Shown here piece by piece: positions 31,052 through 41,728 of a DNA stretch of 58,158 nucleotides; position 1 is the first letter of the stretch, and each line of letters starts with the position of its first letter. The notes beneath the pieces are model-generated. The model did not search any database. It saw nothing but the letters and a program-made list of their open reading frames with translations, and was not told the DNA's origin. The DNA is taken from contig CAZBUD010000011.1 of NCBI GenBank assembly GCA_964495015.1, forward strand, positions 10,350-68,507, written 5' to 3'. The position numbers and the translations under genes were made by a program. The DNA is from an uncultured Enterobacteriaceae bacterium. Its GTDB lineage: Bacteria > Desulfobacterota > Binatia > Bin18.

Positions 31052-32779
31052 GGAGGGAGGACCCACTCGTACAATGGTGAACACACCGCGCTGAAAGAGA
31101 ATGCGCTCTGCGGGCGGGTCACGCAGCACGAAGCCCGCGCGACGCCCCTGCCTCCACTGCTCCCGGACACTGTCGAGGAACGGCTCATAATACAGACTAG
31201 CGCCAGGGACGTAGCGACCCTGGTTCACCACAAAAACATCGACACCGTAGCGATCGTATAGCAGATCAACAGCTGCAAAATCACTCGCGTGATAGGCGGC
31301 CAGAACTGCTGCGATCCGTTCCGCCATCGTCTGGTAATATCCCACGTATAAGGGCAGAGACGTCTCCATAGAAGCAAGCACACTGCGCCGTGATCTCAGC
31401 GGAATATTGTCCGCGTCGTATGGATGCGCCGCCACGAGGGTATCTTTGGGCAAAGTCTCAAGAAAAAGATAGACGGCCTCGAGGTCCTGGTCGGGCGGAG
31501 TGTGGAGCACGGAGACAAGTTTCGTTGTAGCTTCTGTCCCGTAAGCCGCCAGAACAAGACAGCCGACCGGAACGAGTATCGCGCGTTTCAACTGTTTACT
31601 CAAAAAAATACGCATGCCTCCAGCTGGGGGATAGGCGCGTAGCCTCGCAATGAACGCGGGGATTACCGCGGCGACGACGAGCAGACCAAACACAGGCAAG
31701 GCGTAGAGCGTATAGCGATTTGGGTGATGCAAAACAAACAGAGTCAGGTGTGCGCTCACAAAGAGCCCAAGCGCAGTGCCGGCTAGGGCCCATGATTCTA
31801 CGCCAATCACACCAGGGAAAGACCGCCAGACCACGACCAGGAGGCAGGTAAGGAGCAACGCCAGCCAAGGATTGATGCCCAAACCATCCCGCTTGCTGAA
31901 ATAGAATCGCCACGGGTCGTGATCGAAGAAATGACTGCGCCCTCCACTCCAAAACTCCGGCATGGCATAGGCTTGCTCAAAGGTAACTTTCTGACCGAGT
32001 CCGGGCGGCATCGGCCGAAGATACGCCAGGCCCAGCACCACCAGCGCAAGGCAGCCGATTGCAATAAGCACGGGCCACCGAGCAGGAAGCTTGCGCTCTT
32101 TCCATACACGAAGCACCAGGACGATGGCGGCACACAGGCCCAGGTTGGCGACAACCGGGGGGTAGAAAAGCACTGCCAAGAGCAGCGCACAACCAAGCGC
32201 AATCTGCCGCTGTGTGAGCAAGGCCCACATCCCGAACAACAAAATCGGGGTGGCAAAGGACCTGGGAAGACCCGCATGCAGGAAGCGCAATTCGGCCAGA
32301 ATGAAGAAAACGGCTGCCACGACTCCACCCAGCAGTCCCTGGCCAACACGCTGCCCAATCTGAAACGCGAGTGCAGTCGCAACCAGAACCAAGATAAACG
32401 GGAGCGACTCGGCAAGGAGTTGTGGATCGACGAAGGGCACCAGGGTACGGAAGAGGAATTGATAACCGTAGGGTGCCAGGATCGGCTGAGAAAAGAATAA
32501 ATGGGCCAGATCATCCGGAAAGAGTTGCGAATCGACCCAGTGATACAGCCACCAGATGTGGTGGGCGAAGTCCTCATCATGAAGATCGCAGCGCAAGAGC
32601 GGCGGCAGGAATTCGCGGCCTGCCACAATAGCAGCCAGACAAGAGATCCAGACAATCGCGAACCGTCGCCCCTGGGGGTTTTCCTGCATAGGCTGCATCA
32701 ACTGATTCGAGTAATGGCCGCAAAGATATAAGCGGAGTCTCAGACTGGCAAGGCTAGGCGTAAAGGGGAAAAGCCCCAT
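30938..32779 (-). CDS. Multi-pass membrane protein (GT-C glycosyltransferase-like architecture)
   Basis: About 11-13 hydrophobic segments, an acidic first loop (DEDF, LFPDD) and a soluble C-terminal domain. True start is probably near 32690. Confidence 0.7.
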   Translation of the reverse strand: MGLFPFTPSLASLRLRLYLCGHYSNQLMQPMQENPQGRRFAIVWISCLAAIVAGREFLPPLLRCDLHDEDFAHHIWWLYHWVDSQLFPDDLAHLFFSQPILAPYGYQFLFRTLVPFVDPQLLAESLPFILVLVATALAFQIGQRVGQGLLGGVVAAVFFILAELRFLHAGLPRSFATPILLFGMWALLTQRQIALGCALLLAVLFYPPVVANLGLCAAIVLVLRVWKERKLPARWPVLIAIGCLALVVLGLAYLRPMPPGLGQKVTFEQAYAMPEFWSGGRSHFFDHDPWRFYFSKRDGLGINPWLALLLTCLLVVVWRSFPGVIGVESWALAGTALGLFVSAHLTLFVLHHPNRYTLYALPVFGLLVVAAVIPAFIARLRAYPPAGGMRIFLSKQLKRAILVPVGCLVLAAYGTEATTKLVSVLHTPPDQDLEAVYLFLETLPKDTLVAAHPYDADNIPLRSRRSVLASMETSLPLYVGYYQTMAERIAAVLAAYHASDFAAVDLLYDRYGVDVFVVNQGRYVPGASLYYEPFLDSVREQWRQGRRAGFVLRDPPAERILFQRGVFTIVRVGPPSLHSVEDTRVGGVDAEDRKFPTGGRRGIVHDRREDREA

Positions 32780-32937
32780 GACCTCTCAGCCCAATATGTT
32801 AGAGAGATGTTGGAGGGATGACCGCAAACGGTCACAACGACGGACAAACATGCGGCTTGCTCTCGGCGCGAAAAGCAGCTAGAGCGGGGCGTCGGTCAGC
32901 GAGACGTTGGCCAAGACTTTGTTACTGCAGATGCGCT

Positions 32938-34395
32938 ATGGCAGAAAGTCCAATCGTAATCATTGGGGCTGGTCCGGCGGGCCTCACCGCAGCCTACGAG
33001 CTCATGAAACATGGCCGACGGGCGACTATCGTAGAAGCAGATAATCGCGTGGGAGGCTTGTCCCGTACGGAACGCTATCAGGGCTATCGCTTTGATATCG
33101 GCGGCCATCGCTTTTTCTCGAAGGTGCCGCTTATTAACGACGTATGGCGAGAGATTCTGGACGAGGATTTCTTGCTCCGACCCCGGCTATCGCGTATCTA
33201 TTACCGGGGTCACTTTTTTGATTACCCGCTGAAAGCCTCGAACGCCATAACCGGACTTGGTCTGGTCGAGGCCCTGCGCGTCATTTTGAGTTACACCAAG
33301 GCCCAACTCTTCCCATATAAGCCGGAGGAAAATTTAGAAGAGTGGGTGGCGAACCGTTTTGGGTATCGACTGTATCAAATCTTTTTTCGGACCTACACGG
33401 AAAAAGTGTGGGGTATGCCGTGTACCGAAATTGCCGCAGACTGGGCAGCCCAACGCATCAAGAATCTCTCCCTGTGGAAGGCACTGCGGGCTGCGTTGAT
33501 CGGGTCGTGGGGAACACGTAGCGACCAAGTGATTACTACGCTGATCGACCAGTTTCATTATCCCCGCCTGGGACCAGGCATGATGTGGGAAACGTGCGAG
33601 TCCCGGCTGAGTGCCGGTGGCAGCGAGACTCTGCGTGGTGTGCGCGTTGAGCAGATTGCTCACTACAATGACCGCGTGACTCAGATCGTAGGCCGGACGT
33701 CCCAAGGCGAACGCCCGAGCTTTGAGACGCACGCCTGCATTTCAACCATGCCCCTGCAAGAACTCATTTTGGCCCTGACCCCGGCACCCCCTTCCGAAGT
33801 CACGCAGGCGGCACGCCAACTGCGCTACCGTGACTACCTGACCGTTGTTCTGATTGTCAAACAAGCCGATGTTTTTCCGGATAACTGGATATACATCCAC
33901 TCCCCGGAGGTACGCATGGGCCGTATCCAGAATTATAAAAACTGGAGCCCGGAGATGGTTCCCGATCCGAGCCGAACCTCACTCGGACTCGAATACTTCC
34001 TGTGGGACACCGATGACGAGTGGACATGGTCAGATGAACGACTTACTGAACGAGGCATTCGGGAGGTCGCCCAGATTGGTTTGGTTCAGCCGCGCGATGT
34101 CGAGGATAGTACGGTCGTTCGCATGAAAAAAGCCTATCCCGTATACGATCAACACTACGTTCAGCACGTAGCAACCATCCGGCGCTATCTTGAACGCTTT
34201 CAGAATCTACAGACAGTCGGGCGCAATGGTTTGCATCGTTATAATAATCAGGACCATTCGATGTTGACCGGCATCTATGCAGCCCGAAACATCGTGGGAC
34301 AAGTCTGTGATGTGTGGTCGGTGAATACCGAAGAGACCTACCATGAGGAGGGACGCGCTGTCCCCGCTACAGCGGAAGATCGCCTTGTCCCGTAA
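32938..34395 (+). CDS. FAD-dependent oxidoreductase (protoporphyrinogen oxidase/UDP-galactopyranose mutase-like)
   Basis: IIGAGPAGLTAA, FDIGGHRF, AYPVY and GRNGLHRYNNQDHSM motifs. Confidence 0.85.
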   Translation: MAESPIVIIGAGPAGLTAAYELMKHGRRATIVEADNRVGGLSRTERYQGYRFDIGGHRFFSKVPLINDVWREILDEDFLLRPRLSRIYYRGHFFDYPLKASNAITGLGLVEALRVILSYTKAQLFPYKPEENLEEWVANRFGYRLYQIFFRTYTEKVWGMPCTEIAADWAAQRIKNLSLWKALRAALIGSWGTRSDQVITTLIDQFHYPRLGPGMMWETCESRLSAGGSETLRGVRVEQIAHYNDRVTQIVGRTSQGERPSFETHACISTMPLQELILALTPAPPSEVTQAARQLRYRDYLTVVLIVKQADVFPDNWIYIHSPEVRMGRIQNYKNWSPEMVPDPSRTSLGLEYFLWDTDDEWTWSDERLTERGIREVAQIGLVQPRDVEDSTVVRMKKAYPVYDQHYVQHVATIRRYLERFQNLQTVGRNGLHRYNNQDHSMLTGIYAARNIVGQVCDVWSVNTEETYHEEGRAVPATAEDRLVP

Positions 34396-34523
34396 TAGAT
34401 TCCTGTTCCCCGGATATAGCGGGCCAGTGTAAGAAGATGCCAGACATAGAAATGTCCGGGATAACGACTGATTGAAAAAAAGATGCTATGCTCCCTGGCC
34501 TACGCATGAGGAGGCGAGGAACT

Positions 34524-36389
34524 ATGCAACATCGAGGATTCCGCAGCAGCATCACGACCCAAGGGCGACGCATGGCAGGTGCGCGTGCCCTGTGGCGGGC
34601 GACCGGCATGAAAACGGAAGATTTCCAGAAACCGATTATTGCCATTGCCAACTCGTTTACGCAGTTCGTACCCGGCCACGTACACCTCCACCCGGTTGGC
34701 CAGCAGGTGAAGAAAATTATCGATGCCAACGGCGGCTATGGCGTGGAGTTCAACACCATAGCCGTGGATGACGGAATCGCCATGGGCCACGACGGCATGC
34801 TGTATTCCCTGCCCAGCCGTGAGTTGATCGCCGACAGTGTTGAATACATGGTCCAGGCGCATAAGGCGGATGCCATGATCTGCATCTCCAACTGCGACAA
34901 GATTACGCCCGGGATGCTGCTGGCAGCTCTGCGACTGAATATTCCAGCCATCTTTGTCTCCGGTGGTCCCATGGAGGCGGGTAAAACCGAGCTGTCCACC
35001 GGCCCGGCCAAGCTCGACTTGGTGAATGCCATGATCGGTGCGGGCGATGACTCGATTAGTGATGAAGATGTCCAGAAGATGGAAGAATCAGCCTGCCCCA
35101 CCTGCGGCTCATGCTCGGGTATGTTTACCGCCAACAGCATGAACTGTCTCAATGAAGCCATAGGCTTGGCTCTGCCCGGCAATGGCACCATACTCGCCAC
35201 GCACGCCCTGCGCTGGGAACTCTTTGAGCGAGCAGCCAAACGCATTGTCGACATGGCGAAGGCCTATTATATCGAAGGCGACGAATCGGTTCTGCCGCGC
35301 AGTATTGCCACCTTTGAAGCATTTGAAAACGCAATTACTCTTGACATCGCCATGGGCGGCTCGACCAACACCGTGCTGCACCTATTGGCTGCAGCACAAG
35401 AGGCCGAAGTCAATTTCAGCATGGCTGACATCGACCGGCTGTCACGCCAAGTGCCGTGTATTTGCAAACTGGCTCCGGCCTCAGCCACATACCACATGGA
35501 AGACTGCGCCCGGGCGGGTGGCATTGCCACCATCCTGGGTGAATTAGAATGCGCCGGGAAACTACATACCAATGTCAGAACAGTATCGGGACAGACCATG
35601 GGCGAGCTGCTCGACAGCAATGACATTCGACGCGAGAATACGGACGAATTCGCCCGCAAGCGCAGCCTGGCCGCCCCAAGCAATATCCGGACGAAAGAAG
35701 CTTTTTCGCAGAACCCGTATTACGACACATCGGATAAGGATGCGATCAACGGCTGTATTCGTTCCACCGATTTTGCCTACAGCCAAGACGGCGGCCTGGC
35801 CGTGCTATACGGGAACCTGGCTGAAGACGGCTGCATCGTGAAAACCGCCGGAGTAGATGAATCCATCTGGGTCATGGAAGGTCCGGCTCGGATTTTTGAA
35901 TCTCAGGATGAAGCGTGTGAGAGCATTCTGGGCGACCAACTCCAGCCTGGTGACGTGGTTGTCATTCGCTACGAAGGTCCACGTGGAGGGCCGGGCATGC
36001 AGGAGATGCTGTATCCCACTTCCTATATTAAATCCAAGCATCTCGGCACGAAGTGCGCGCTGCTGACCGACGGTCGTTTTAGTGGCGGCACCAGCGGTTT
36101 GTCGATCGGTCATGTGTCCCCGGAAGCGGCAGAGGGCGGTGCCATCGCCCTGGTCGCGGATGGCGATATCATCAAGATTGATATTCCCAACCGTTCGGTC
36201 AATGTCATGCTTTCAGACGAGGAGCTGGCCGAGCGGCGCAAAAAAATGGAAGCGAAAGGCAAAGACGCCTATCGGCCAATAAAACGCAAACGCCATGTAT
36301 CGGCAGCGCTGCAAGCCTATGCGGCTCTCACCACGAGTGCAGCACGGGGCGCGGTGCGCGATGTGACCCAGGTACAGCAGGGACGATAA
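34524..36389 (+). CDS. ilvD: Dihydroxy-acid dehydratase
   Basis: [35 protein letters not shown] and TDGRFSGG motifs. Confidence 0.97.
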   Translation: MQHRGFRSSITTQGRRMAGARALWRATGMKTEDFQKPIIAIANSFTQFVPGHVHLHPVGQQVKKIIDANGGYGVEFNTIAVDDGIAMGHDGMLYSLPSRELIADSVEYMVQAHKADAMICISNCDKITPGMLLAALRLNIPAIFVSGGPMEAGKTELSTGPAKLDLVNAMIGAGDDSISDEDVQKMEESACPTCGSCSGMFTANSMNCLNEAIGLALPGNGTILATHALRWELFERAAKRIVDMAKAYYIEGDESVLPRSIATFEAFENAITLDIAMGGSTNTVLHLLAAAQEAEVNFSMADIDRLSRQVPCICKLAPASATYHMEDCARAGGIATILGELECAGKLHTNVRTVSGQTMGELLDSNDIRRENTDEFARKRSLAAPSNIRTKEAFSQNPYYDTSDKDAINGCIRSTDFAYSQDGGLAVLYGNLAEDGCIVKTAGVDESIWVMEGPARIFESQDEACESILGDQLQPGDVVVIRYEGPRGGPGMQEMLYPTSYIKSKHLGTKCALLTDGRFSGGTSGLSIGHVSPEAAEGGAIALVADGDIIKIDIPNRSVNVMLSDEELAERRKKMEAKGKDAYRPIKRKRHVSAALQAYAALTTSAARGAVRDVTQVQQGR

Positions 36390-36477
36390 GATTTCCCGGC
36401 ATCCATCTACGCCTACTCGTAGGGCGGGTAGGACGTAGTGAAACCGACCCTCCCTCATACAAGACAAGGACCACGGC

Positions 36478-37851
36478 ATGAGCGACCAAATCAAATTCCT
36501 GCTTGACGAAAGCCAGATGCCGAAGGCGTGGTATAACATCAACGCCGATATGCCAGTGCCGATGCTGCCGCCGCTGCATCCGGAAACAAAACAGCCGGTC
36601 ACGCCCGAGTACCTCAATACCTTTACGCCGACGGCCCTGCTCGCTCAGGATGTGAGCCAGGAACGCTATATTGAGATTCCTGGGCCGGTGAGCGATATTT
36701 ATAAACTCTGGCGTCCGACACCTTTTCTTCGCGCTCGGCGCCTAGAGCTAACGCTCCAGACTCCGGCGCACATCTATTACAAATACGAGGGCGTCAGTCC
36801 GGTCGGCTCACACAAACCCAATACGGCCGTGGCTCAGGCATTTTACGCGAAAGAAGAAGGCATCAAGACCTTGACGACGGAGACTGGTGCGGGCCAATGG
36901 GGGACGGCGCTGGCTATGGCCTGCAATATGTTCGGCCTTGGCTGCGAAGTATATATGGTCCGTATCTCGTACCAGCAGAAGCCGTATCGTCGCTATGTCA
37001 TCGAGACCTATGGAGGCGAGGTGTATGCCAGCCCGTCGGACCGGACCGAGGTCGGGCGCAGATTTCTGGCTGAAGACCCAGAGCACCCCGGCTCACTCGG
37101 TTTGGCTGTCTCAGAGGGGATTGAGGCTGCCCAGAAATCCAGCGGCACGAAGAAATACTGCTTGGGCTCTTTCCTGCCTCACGTTCTGCTGCACCAAACC
37201 ATCATCGGGGAAGAGACGTTACTCCAGCTGGAAATGGCGGGCGAGTATCCGGACATTGTGATCGGCTGCGCCGGGGGAGGATCAAATTTCGCCGGCTTTG
37301 CCTTTCCGTTTATCCGAGAAAATCTGAAGCACGGCAAGAATACGCGGATTATTGCCGTGGAACCGGCCGCGTGCCCGACCTTGACGAAAGGCTCGTTCAC
37401 CTGGGATTGGGCCGACGCTGGTGGCGTCGCACCCGTCTGTCAGATGTATACCCTGGGCCATTCGTTTATGCCGGCAAACATTCACGCCGGCGGGCTACGC
37501 TATCACGGCATGGCCCCGCATGTGAGTGCCCTGGTCAATGGTGGATATATTGAGGCAACGGCCATTGACCAAGTCGATACCTTTGAGGCTGGGGTTACGT
37601 TTGCCCAAGCGGAAGGCATTGTACCGGCGCCGGAATCCAATCACGCGATCCGTGCCGCTATCAATGAGGCCGTCAAATGTCGCGAGAGCGGTGAGAAGAA
37701 AGTCATTGCCTTTAATCTGAGCGGGCACGGCCACCTCGATATGACCGCGTATGCCGACTACCATGCCGGCAAGCTGGAGCGGTATGAGTATCCGACTGAG
37801 GCAATAGAAAAGGCCTTGCAGTCCTTGCCTGAGGTGTCGTTTCCGGGGTAA
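36478..37851 (+). CDS. trpB2: TrpB2 (tryptophan synthase beta-like PLP enzyme)
   Basis: [30 protein letters not shown] and NLSGHG motifs; stand-alone gene without trpA. Confidence 0.93.
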   Translation: MSDQIKFLLDESQMPKAWYNINADMPVPMLPPLHPETKQPVTPEYLNTFTPTALLAQDVSQERYIEIPGPVSDIYKLWRPTPFLRARRLELTLQTPAHIYYKYEGVSPVGSHKPNTAVAQAFYAKEEGIKTLTTETGAGQWGTALAMACNMFGLGCEVYMVRISYQQKPYRRYVIETYGGEVYASPSDRTEVGRRFLAEDPEHPGSLGLAVSEGIEAAQKSSGTKKYCLGSFLPHVLLHQTIIGEETLLQLEMAGEYPDIVIGCAGGGSNFAGFAFPFIRENLKHGKNTRIIAVEPAACPTLTKGSFTWDWADAGGVAPVCQMYTLGHSFMPANIHAGGLRYHGMAPHVSALVNGGYIEATAIDQVDTFEAGVTFAQAEGIVPAPESNHAIRAAINEAVKCRESGEKKVIAFNLSGHGHLDMTAYADYHAGKLERYEYPTEAIEKALQSLPEVSFPG

Positions 37852-37852
37852 C

Positions 37853-39076
37853 TTATTTCGCCCACCCCACCGCCTGCCGCACGCGCTCCAATAAAGTTTC
37901 CCGCTCTCCTTGCCACCAGCGTTTGGACTGCATGCGGCTGCCAAAGCCTAGAGCGATATCGAGCTGCAGCATCGCCTGCCGGAGCCAGGTTCCGGCCAAC
38001 CAACGGCCGACACGCGTGTACCAACTTGAGAAGTCTTTGTTGTACGGACAGACTCGAATACAGATCGAACAGTCGCTATTCTGCGCAGCCCAATAACCAA
38101 AACACTTCTCGCCATCAACCGTCCATTTGACTACTCCTTTGATGTTGGATTGGTTGTAGACTGTATCTGAGGGTGGGCTTGAAGGGATAGCATTAACCGG
38201 ACAGCCAGCCGAACACCGCTGACAGATATTGCAAAATTCCTTGACGCCAAACTGAATCGGTTTATCAAGCGCAAGCGGCAAGTTCGTAAAGATTTTCCCG
38301 AGCCGTACCCGGGGCCCGAACTCTTTCGTTATCAAGAGGCCAAGACGACCATACTCACCCAGGCCGGCTTTGATCGCATATGGAATCGCCAACGCCGTAT
38401 CATTCATGCTGGCGATGGCGTCATAGCCTAGGTTGCGGAGGTATTGAGCGAGCGAGAGCACCACGAGTGCGTCGTGTGAATACCCCAAGCCGGTCGCTGC
38501 GCCGCTGAGGGCTGAGGGAACGGTCCGGATCAGGTCATAGTCCATGGCCTGTGCGACCACGATGACATACAGCAGCCCTTCAGGAATTTCTTGCGGCTTC
38601 TCGCGTTTACTCATGTCGCTGAATTTGTTGACGTACATCCAGCGTTCGTCATAGTCGGTAATGCCAATCAGGTCTGCGCCGAATCCTTTGCCGACTCGTT
38701 TGATCTCAGCCGCAGCCTCTTCCGGGCTGCCGACGTCCATCTGTTCTTCAGCAACATCCCGGTACAGAGTAAATTCGTCGGAGAAGCCTTCACGACGACC
38801 TTCGTCCTGTTTGAGTTCCGTAAAAATATCGCTCACATGCCAGGTGGCATTGCGCAGCGCATAGTCCTTTTGCGTAAAGCCATCGACCTTGCGCCAGGTC
38901 TTGAGCGGCTCACGATAGGTTTCGTAGAACAGCTCAGTCTTCTGATTGCGAATGCGCTTATCCCACCACGAGCGACGAAAGACATCGTCTTTTTGATTGA
39001 ACCGCTCAAAGGTCGGGAGCAGCTGAAATCCAGCCGCCTTCTCCGAGACCAGAATATCGTCTTTAGTCGCGCTCAT
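37853..39076 (-). CDS. Reductive dehalogenase-family cobalamin/4Fe-4S protein (no TAT leader)
   Basis: FGADLIGI, AGLGEYGRLG, FGPRVRL, CNICQRCSAGCP and C-x8-CSICIRVCP motifs. Confidence 0.85.
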   Translation of the reverse strand: MSATKDDILVSEKAAGFQLLPTFERFNQKDDVFRRSWWDKRIRNQKTELFYETYREPLKTWRKVDGFTQKDYALRNATWHVSDIFTELKQDEGRREGFSDEFTLYRDVAEEQMDVGSPEEAAAEIKRVGKGFGADLIGITDYDERWMYVNKFSDMSKREKPQEIPEGLLYVIVVAQAMDYDLIRTVPSALSGAATGLGYSHDALVVLSLAQYLRNLGYDAIASMNDTALAIPYAIKAGLGEYGRLGLLITKEFGPRVRLGKIFTNLPLALDKPIQFGVKEFCNICQRCSAGCPVNAIPSSPPSDTVYNQSNIKGVVKWTVDGEKCFGYWAAQNSDCSICIRVCPYNKDFSSWYTRVGRWLAGTWLRQAMLQLDIALGFGSRMQSKRWWQGERETLLERVRQAVGWAK

Positions 39077-39483
39077 TTGGAACCCCCATCATGCGTAGCT
39101 CACTATCCTGCAACCTCAAGAAGGTGAACCTCCCTGTCGATCTGTCGTTCATAAAAGAAGACCAGAAAATGTTAATTTATCTATACGAATGACGCTTGGC
39201 TGCCTGCATTGCGCACGAAGTCCGTCACCCACTTGGCATCATCCGTGCGTCTCCGTCCATGGAACGCAGAGGTCCCAACGTTTGGCGGTCTTCATATGTT
39301 CGTACCTTAGCATTCTCTTCAAAAGAAGTGAGCAAAGAGTATGCCTGACCGCCCGTGCCATCTGAAAACGGTTTTCTGGCATTGTCCCTGTGCGGCCAAC
39401 GTCCAATGTGGAACGTAACAACCAGCCGTACTCGCGCGCAGTGGAGTAGGGTGTCTGCGTTAAAACCGTGCGTGGTCCCGCTC

Positions 39484-39540
39484 CCGTTCCCCCCTTCGGC
39501 CTTGCTCAGGACAGGCTTCGACAAACTCAGGGCGAACGGG
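39484..39540. repeat. REP-like palindrome (CCTTCG...GCTCAGG family)
   Basis: CCTTCGGCCTTGCTCAGGACAGGCTTCGACAAACTCAGGGCGAACGG; related to the copies near 1985-2003 and 44811-44850. Confidence 0.7.
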
Positions 39541-39628
39541 GAAAAGCCATGGCCCCAGGGGGCCGATCGTGCTGAGCCCCGTCAAAGTATGAACGGTAAG
39601 GGACGCACAGTTTAGGACTGGACACGGT

Positions 39629-39664
39629 AGAAGGGGCAACTCCATGTGGCTGCCCCTTCTTTTT
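39629..39664 (+). terminator. Intrinsic terminator-like hairpin
   Basis: AGAAGGGGCA...TGCCCCTTCT followed by TTTT. Confidence 0.55.
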
Positions 39665-39889
39665 GTCGCCGTGCCGCAACATCTGTTGTACAGCTGCAAC
39701 GTATCCATAGAAGCAGAATGGCCGGCCCTCAAAAACTCAACAAGTCAATTTCACAAAGAATGTAGGGGCAATTCATGAATTACCCGGACTCTGCACAACA
39801 AGAGCATATCCGGCACATGGCTTGCTGATTAGGTCTGTCTATCACATGCGACTGTTTTATTTTGATCGTAACTTCGAAAGGAGAGAACT

Positions 39890-40312
39890 AGGAATGCAAA
39901 GCAGATCGGTCTCTTGGTTACGTTTGTGGGGTTTTTGACGCTCAATATCTTCGTAGTCTTTCAAGACGGGTATATCGGATTTATTGAAGCAGTCCTGGTG
40001 AACAACGTAACGATCGCAGTCCTTGTTGACCTCTGTATGGCCCTCAGCTTAGTCCTCATCTGGATGTGGCAGGGTGCACACAACCGAGAAACAACCCCAC
40101 TCCTGCAGACTATTTTGACGCTCTTCTTCGGCAGCATTGGGCCGCTGCTGTATCTCATCCAGCGCGAGGGAAAGGAGAGCGATGTCACGGCCCACCCGGC
40201 CATGAGACCGGCCAGCATATTCCGACATCGCCCAACGTGGGAGGCAGCAATCTCGATGTATGACAGCAGACGCTCCCGTATGCTGATGACAATGCTTCCT
40301 CCCTACCTGTAG
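39890..40312 (+). CDS. DUF2834-like membrane protein; start codon apparently mutated
   Basis: VLVDLCMALSL...LTLFFGSIGPLLYL. SD AAGGAG precedes in-frame AGG-AAT-GCA-AAG at 39890 where an ATG would be expected. Confidence 0.6.
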   Translation, partial: RNAKQIGLLVTFVGFLTLNIFVVFQDGYIGFIEAVLVNNVTIAVLVDLCMALSLVLIWMWQGAHNRETTPLLQTILTLFFGSIGPLLYLIQREGKESDVTAHPAMRPASIFRHRPTWEAAISMYDSRRSRMLMTMLPPYL

Positions 40313-40535
40313 AATAGCCCGTCATCATCACTGCATCACCACACTCGTCCTAAGCGTTCTGCTCATCTCTCTTCCATAAATTCCCAACGATTGCGGGAAC
40401 TTCTTCACGTTTCCCACGGTTCTTGTTGTGAAACCGTCACCAATAGTTCCAGCATCGGAACTCTAGCATCTTGACGACGAAATACGATACTATCTCTGCG
40501 CAGTCACACGGATATAAATCAGGAAGGAGACCGAG

Positions 40536-41705
40536 ATGGCGGAATTGTCGACAGAACACCTCAATGTTGAGCTAGCGGTCATGGAACGGTACGCAGCCGG
40601 CGCGCAGCAAGCTGAGGCTGCGCTGTGTTGCCAAATTGACTACAACCCTGACTTTCTAAAGATTATCCCAGAAGAAATTATTAAGCGCGACTATGGGTGT
40701 GGAGACCCTTCTCAACACCTCCAAGTAGGCGAGACTGTGCTTGATCTGGGCTCAGGCGCAGGCAAGATCTGTTATATCGCGGCCCAAGTCGTGGGCGCCA
40801 AGGGCAAGGTCATCGGCGTGGATATGACACCGGACATGTTGAGTTTGGCTGAGAAATACCGTGATTCCATTGGCGACCAGCTCGGCTATCACAACGTCGA
40901 ATTTCACCGCGGCAAGATTCAGGATCTGCGCGCAGACGTGAACGCTGCGGACGCTTATCTGCGCCAGCATCCGGTCGCTTCGGTCGAAGATTTTCTGGCA
41001 TTTGAGGCCGCAATGAACGAGCAGCGCACGCGCCGGCCACTGATTATAGACGATTCGGTTGATGTGGTGGTCTCCAACTGTGTGTTGAACCTGGTCCAGG
41101 ACACTGACAAACGGCAACTGTTTAGTGAAATCTTCCGCGTGCTGCGCAAAGGCGGGCGCGCAGTTATATCCGATATCGTTGCAGATGAACCAGTACCCGC
41201 CCATCTCAAGGAAGACCCGGAACTCTGGAGCGGCTGTGTGTCCGGTGCGATGCAGGAAAAAGAATTTATCGAAGCGTTCGAAGCCGCCGGCTTCTACGGC
41301 ATGGCTGTTCTCAAACGCGATGAGCAACCGTGGCGCACAGTCGAAGGGGTCCAGTTCCGGTCCATGACCCTAGTCGCGTACAAAGGCAAACAAGGCCCGT
41401 GCTGGGATCGTAATCAGGCGGTCGTTTATCGCGGTCCGTGGAGCGAGGTCAAAGACGACGACGGCCACACCCTTATTCGCGGCGTGCCCATGGCAGTATG
41501 TCAGAAGACGCTCGACATCTACGCTAGAGCGCCCTACGCTCAGGAAATCATCCCGATTCAACCCTTGGCTCCAATCGCGCTGGAAGACGCTCCGCCGTTC
41601 GACTGCGGTCGAGACAGTGTGCGCAACCCGCGCGAAACCAAAGGGCTCGAATATCGCGCCACAACAGACGCCTCAGCGCGTTGTGAACCAGGAGAGTGCT
41701 GTTAG
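40536..41705 (+). CDS. ArsM-like SAM-dependent methyltransferase
   Basis: YGCGDP, VLDLGSGAG, SNCVLNL and WSGCVSGA (conserved ArsM Cys positions); C-terminal CC. Confidence 0.8.
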   Translation: MAELSTEHLNVELAVMERYAAGAQQAEAALCCQIDYNPDFLKIIPEEIIKRDYGCGDPSQHLQVGETVLDLGSGAGKICYIAAQVVGAKGKVIGVDMTPDMLSLAEKYRDSIGDQLGYHNVEFHRGKIQDLRADVNAADAYLRQHPVASVEDFLAFEAAMNEQRTRRPLIIDDSVDVVVSNCVLNLVQDTDKRQLFSEIFRVLRKGGRAVISDIVADEPVPAHLKEDPELWSGCVSGAMQEKEFIEAFEAAGFYGMAVLKRDEQPWRTVEGVQFRSMTLVAYKGKQGPCWDRNQAVVYRGPWSEVKDDDGHTLIRGVPMAVCQKTLDIYARAPYAQEIIPIQPLAPIALEDAPPFDCGRDSVRNPRETKGLEYRATTDASARCEPGECC

Positions 41706-41728
41706 TCGGAGAGTATGGGGACAAGAGC

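Noticed and set aside
31807-32655. 282-aa alternative-frame ORF and many similar shadow ORFs (e.g. 167-748, 11887-12537, 51486-52220)
   Set aside because: They overlap well-supported genes and have no recognisable motifs.
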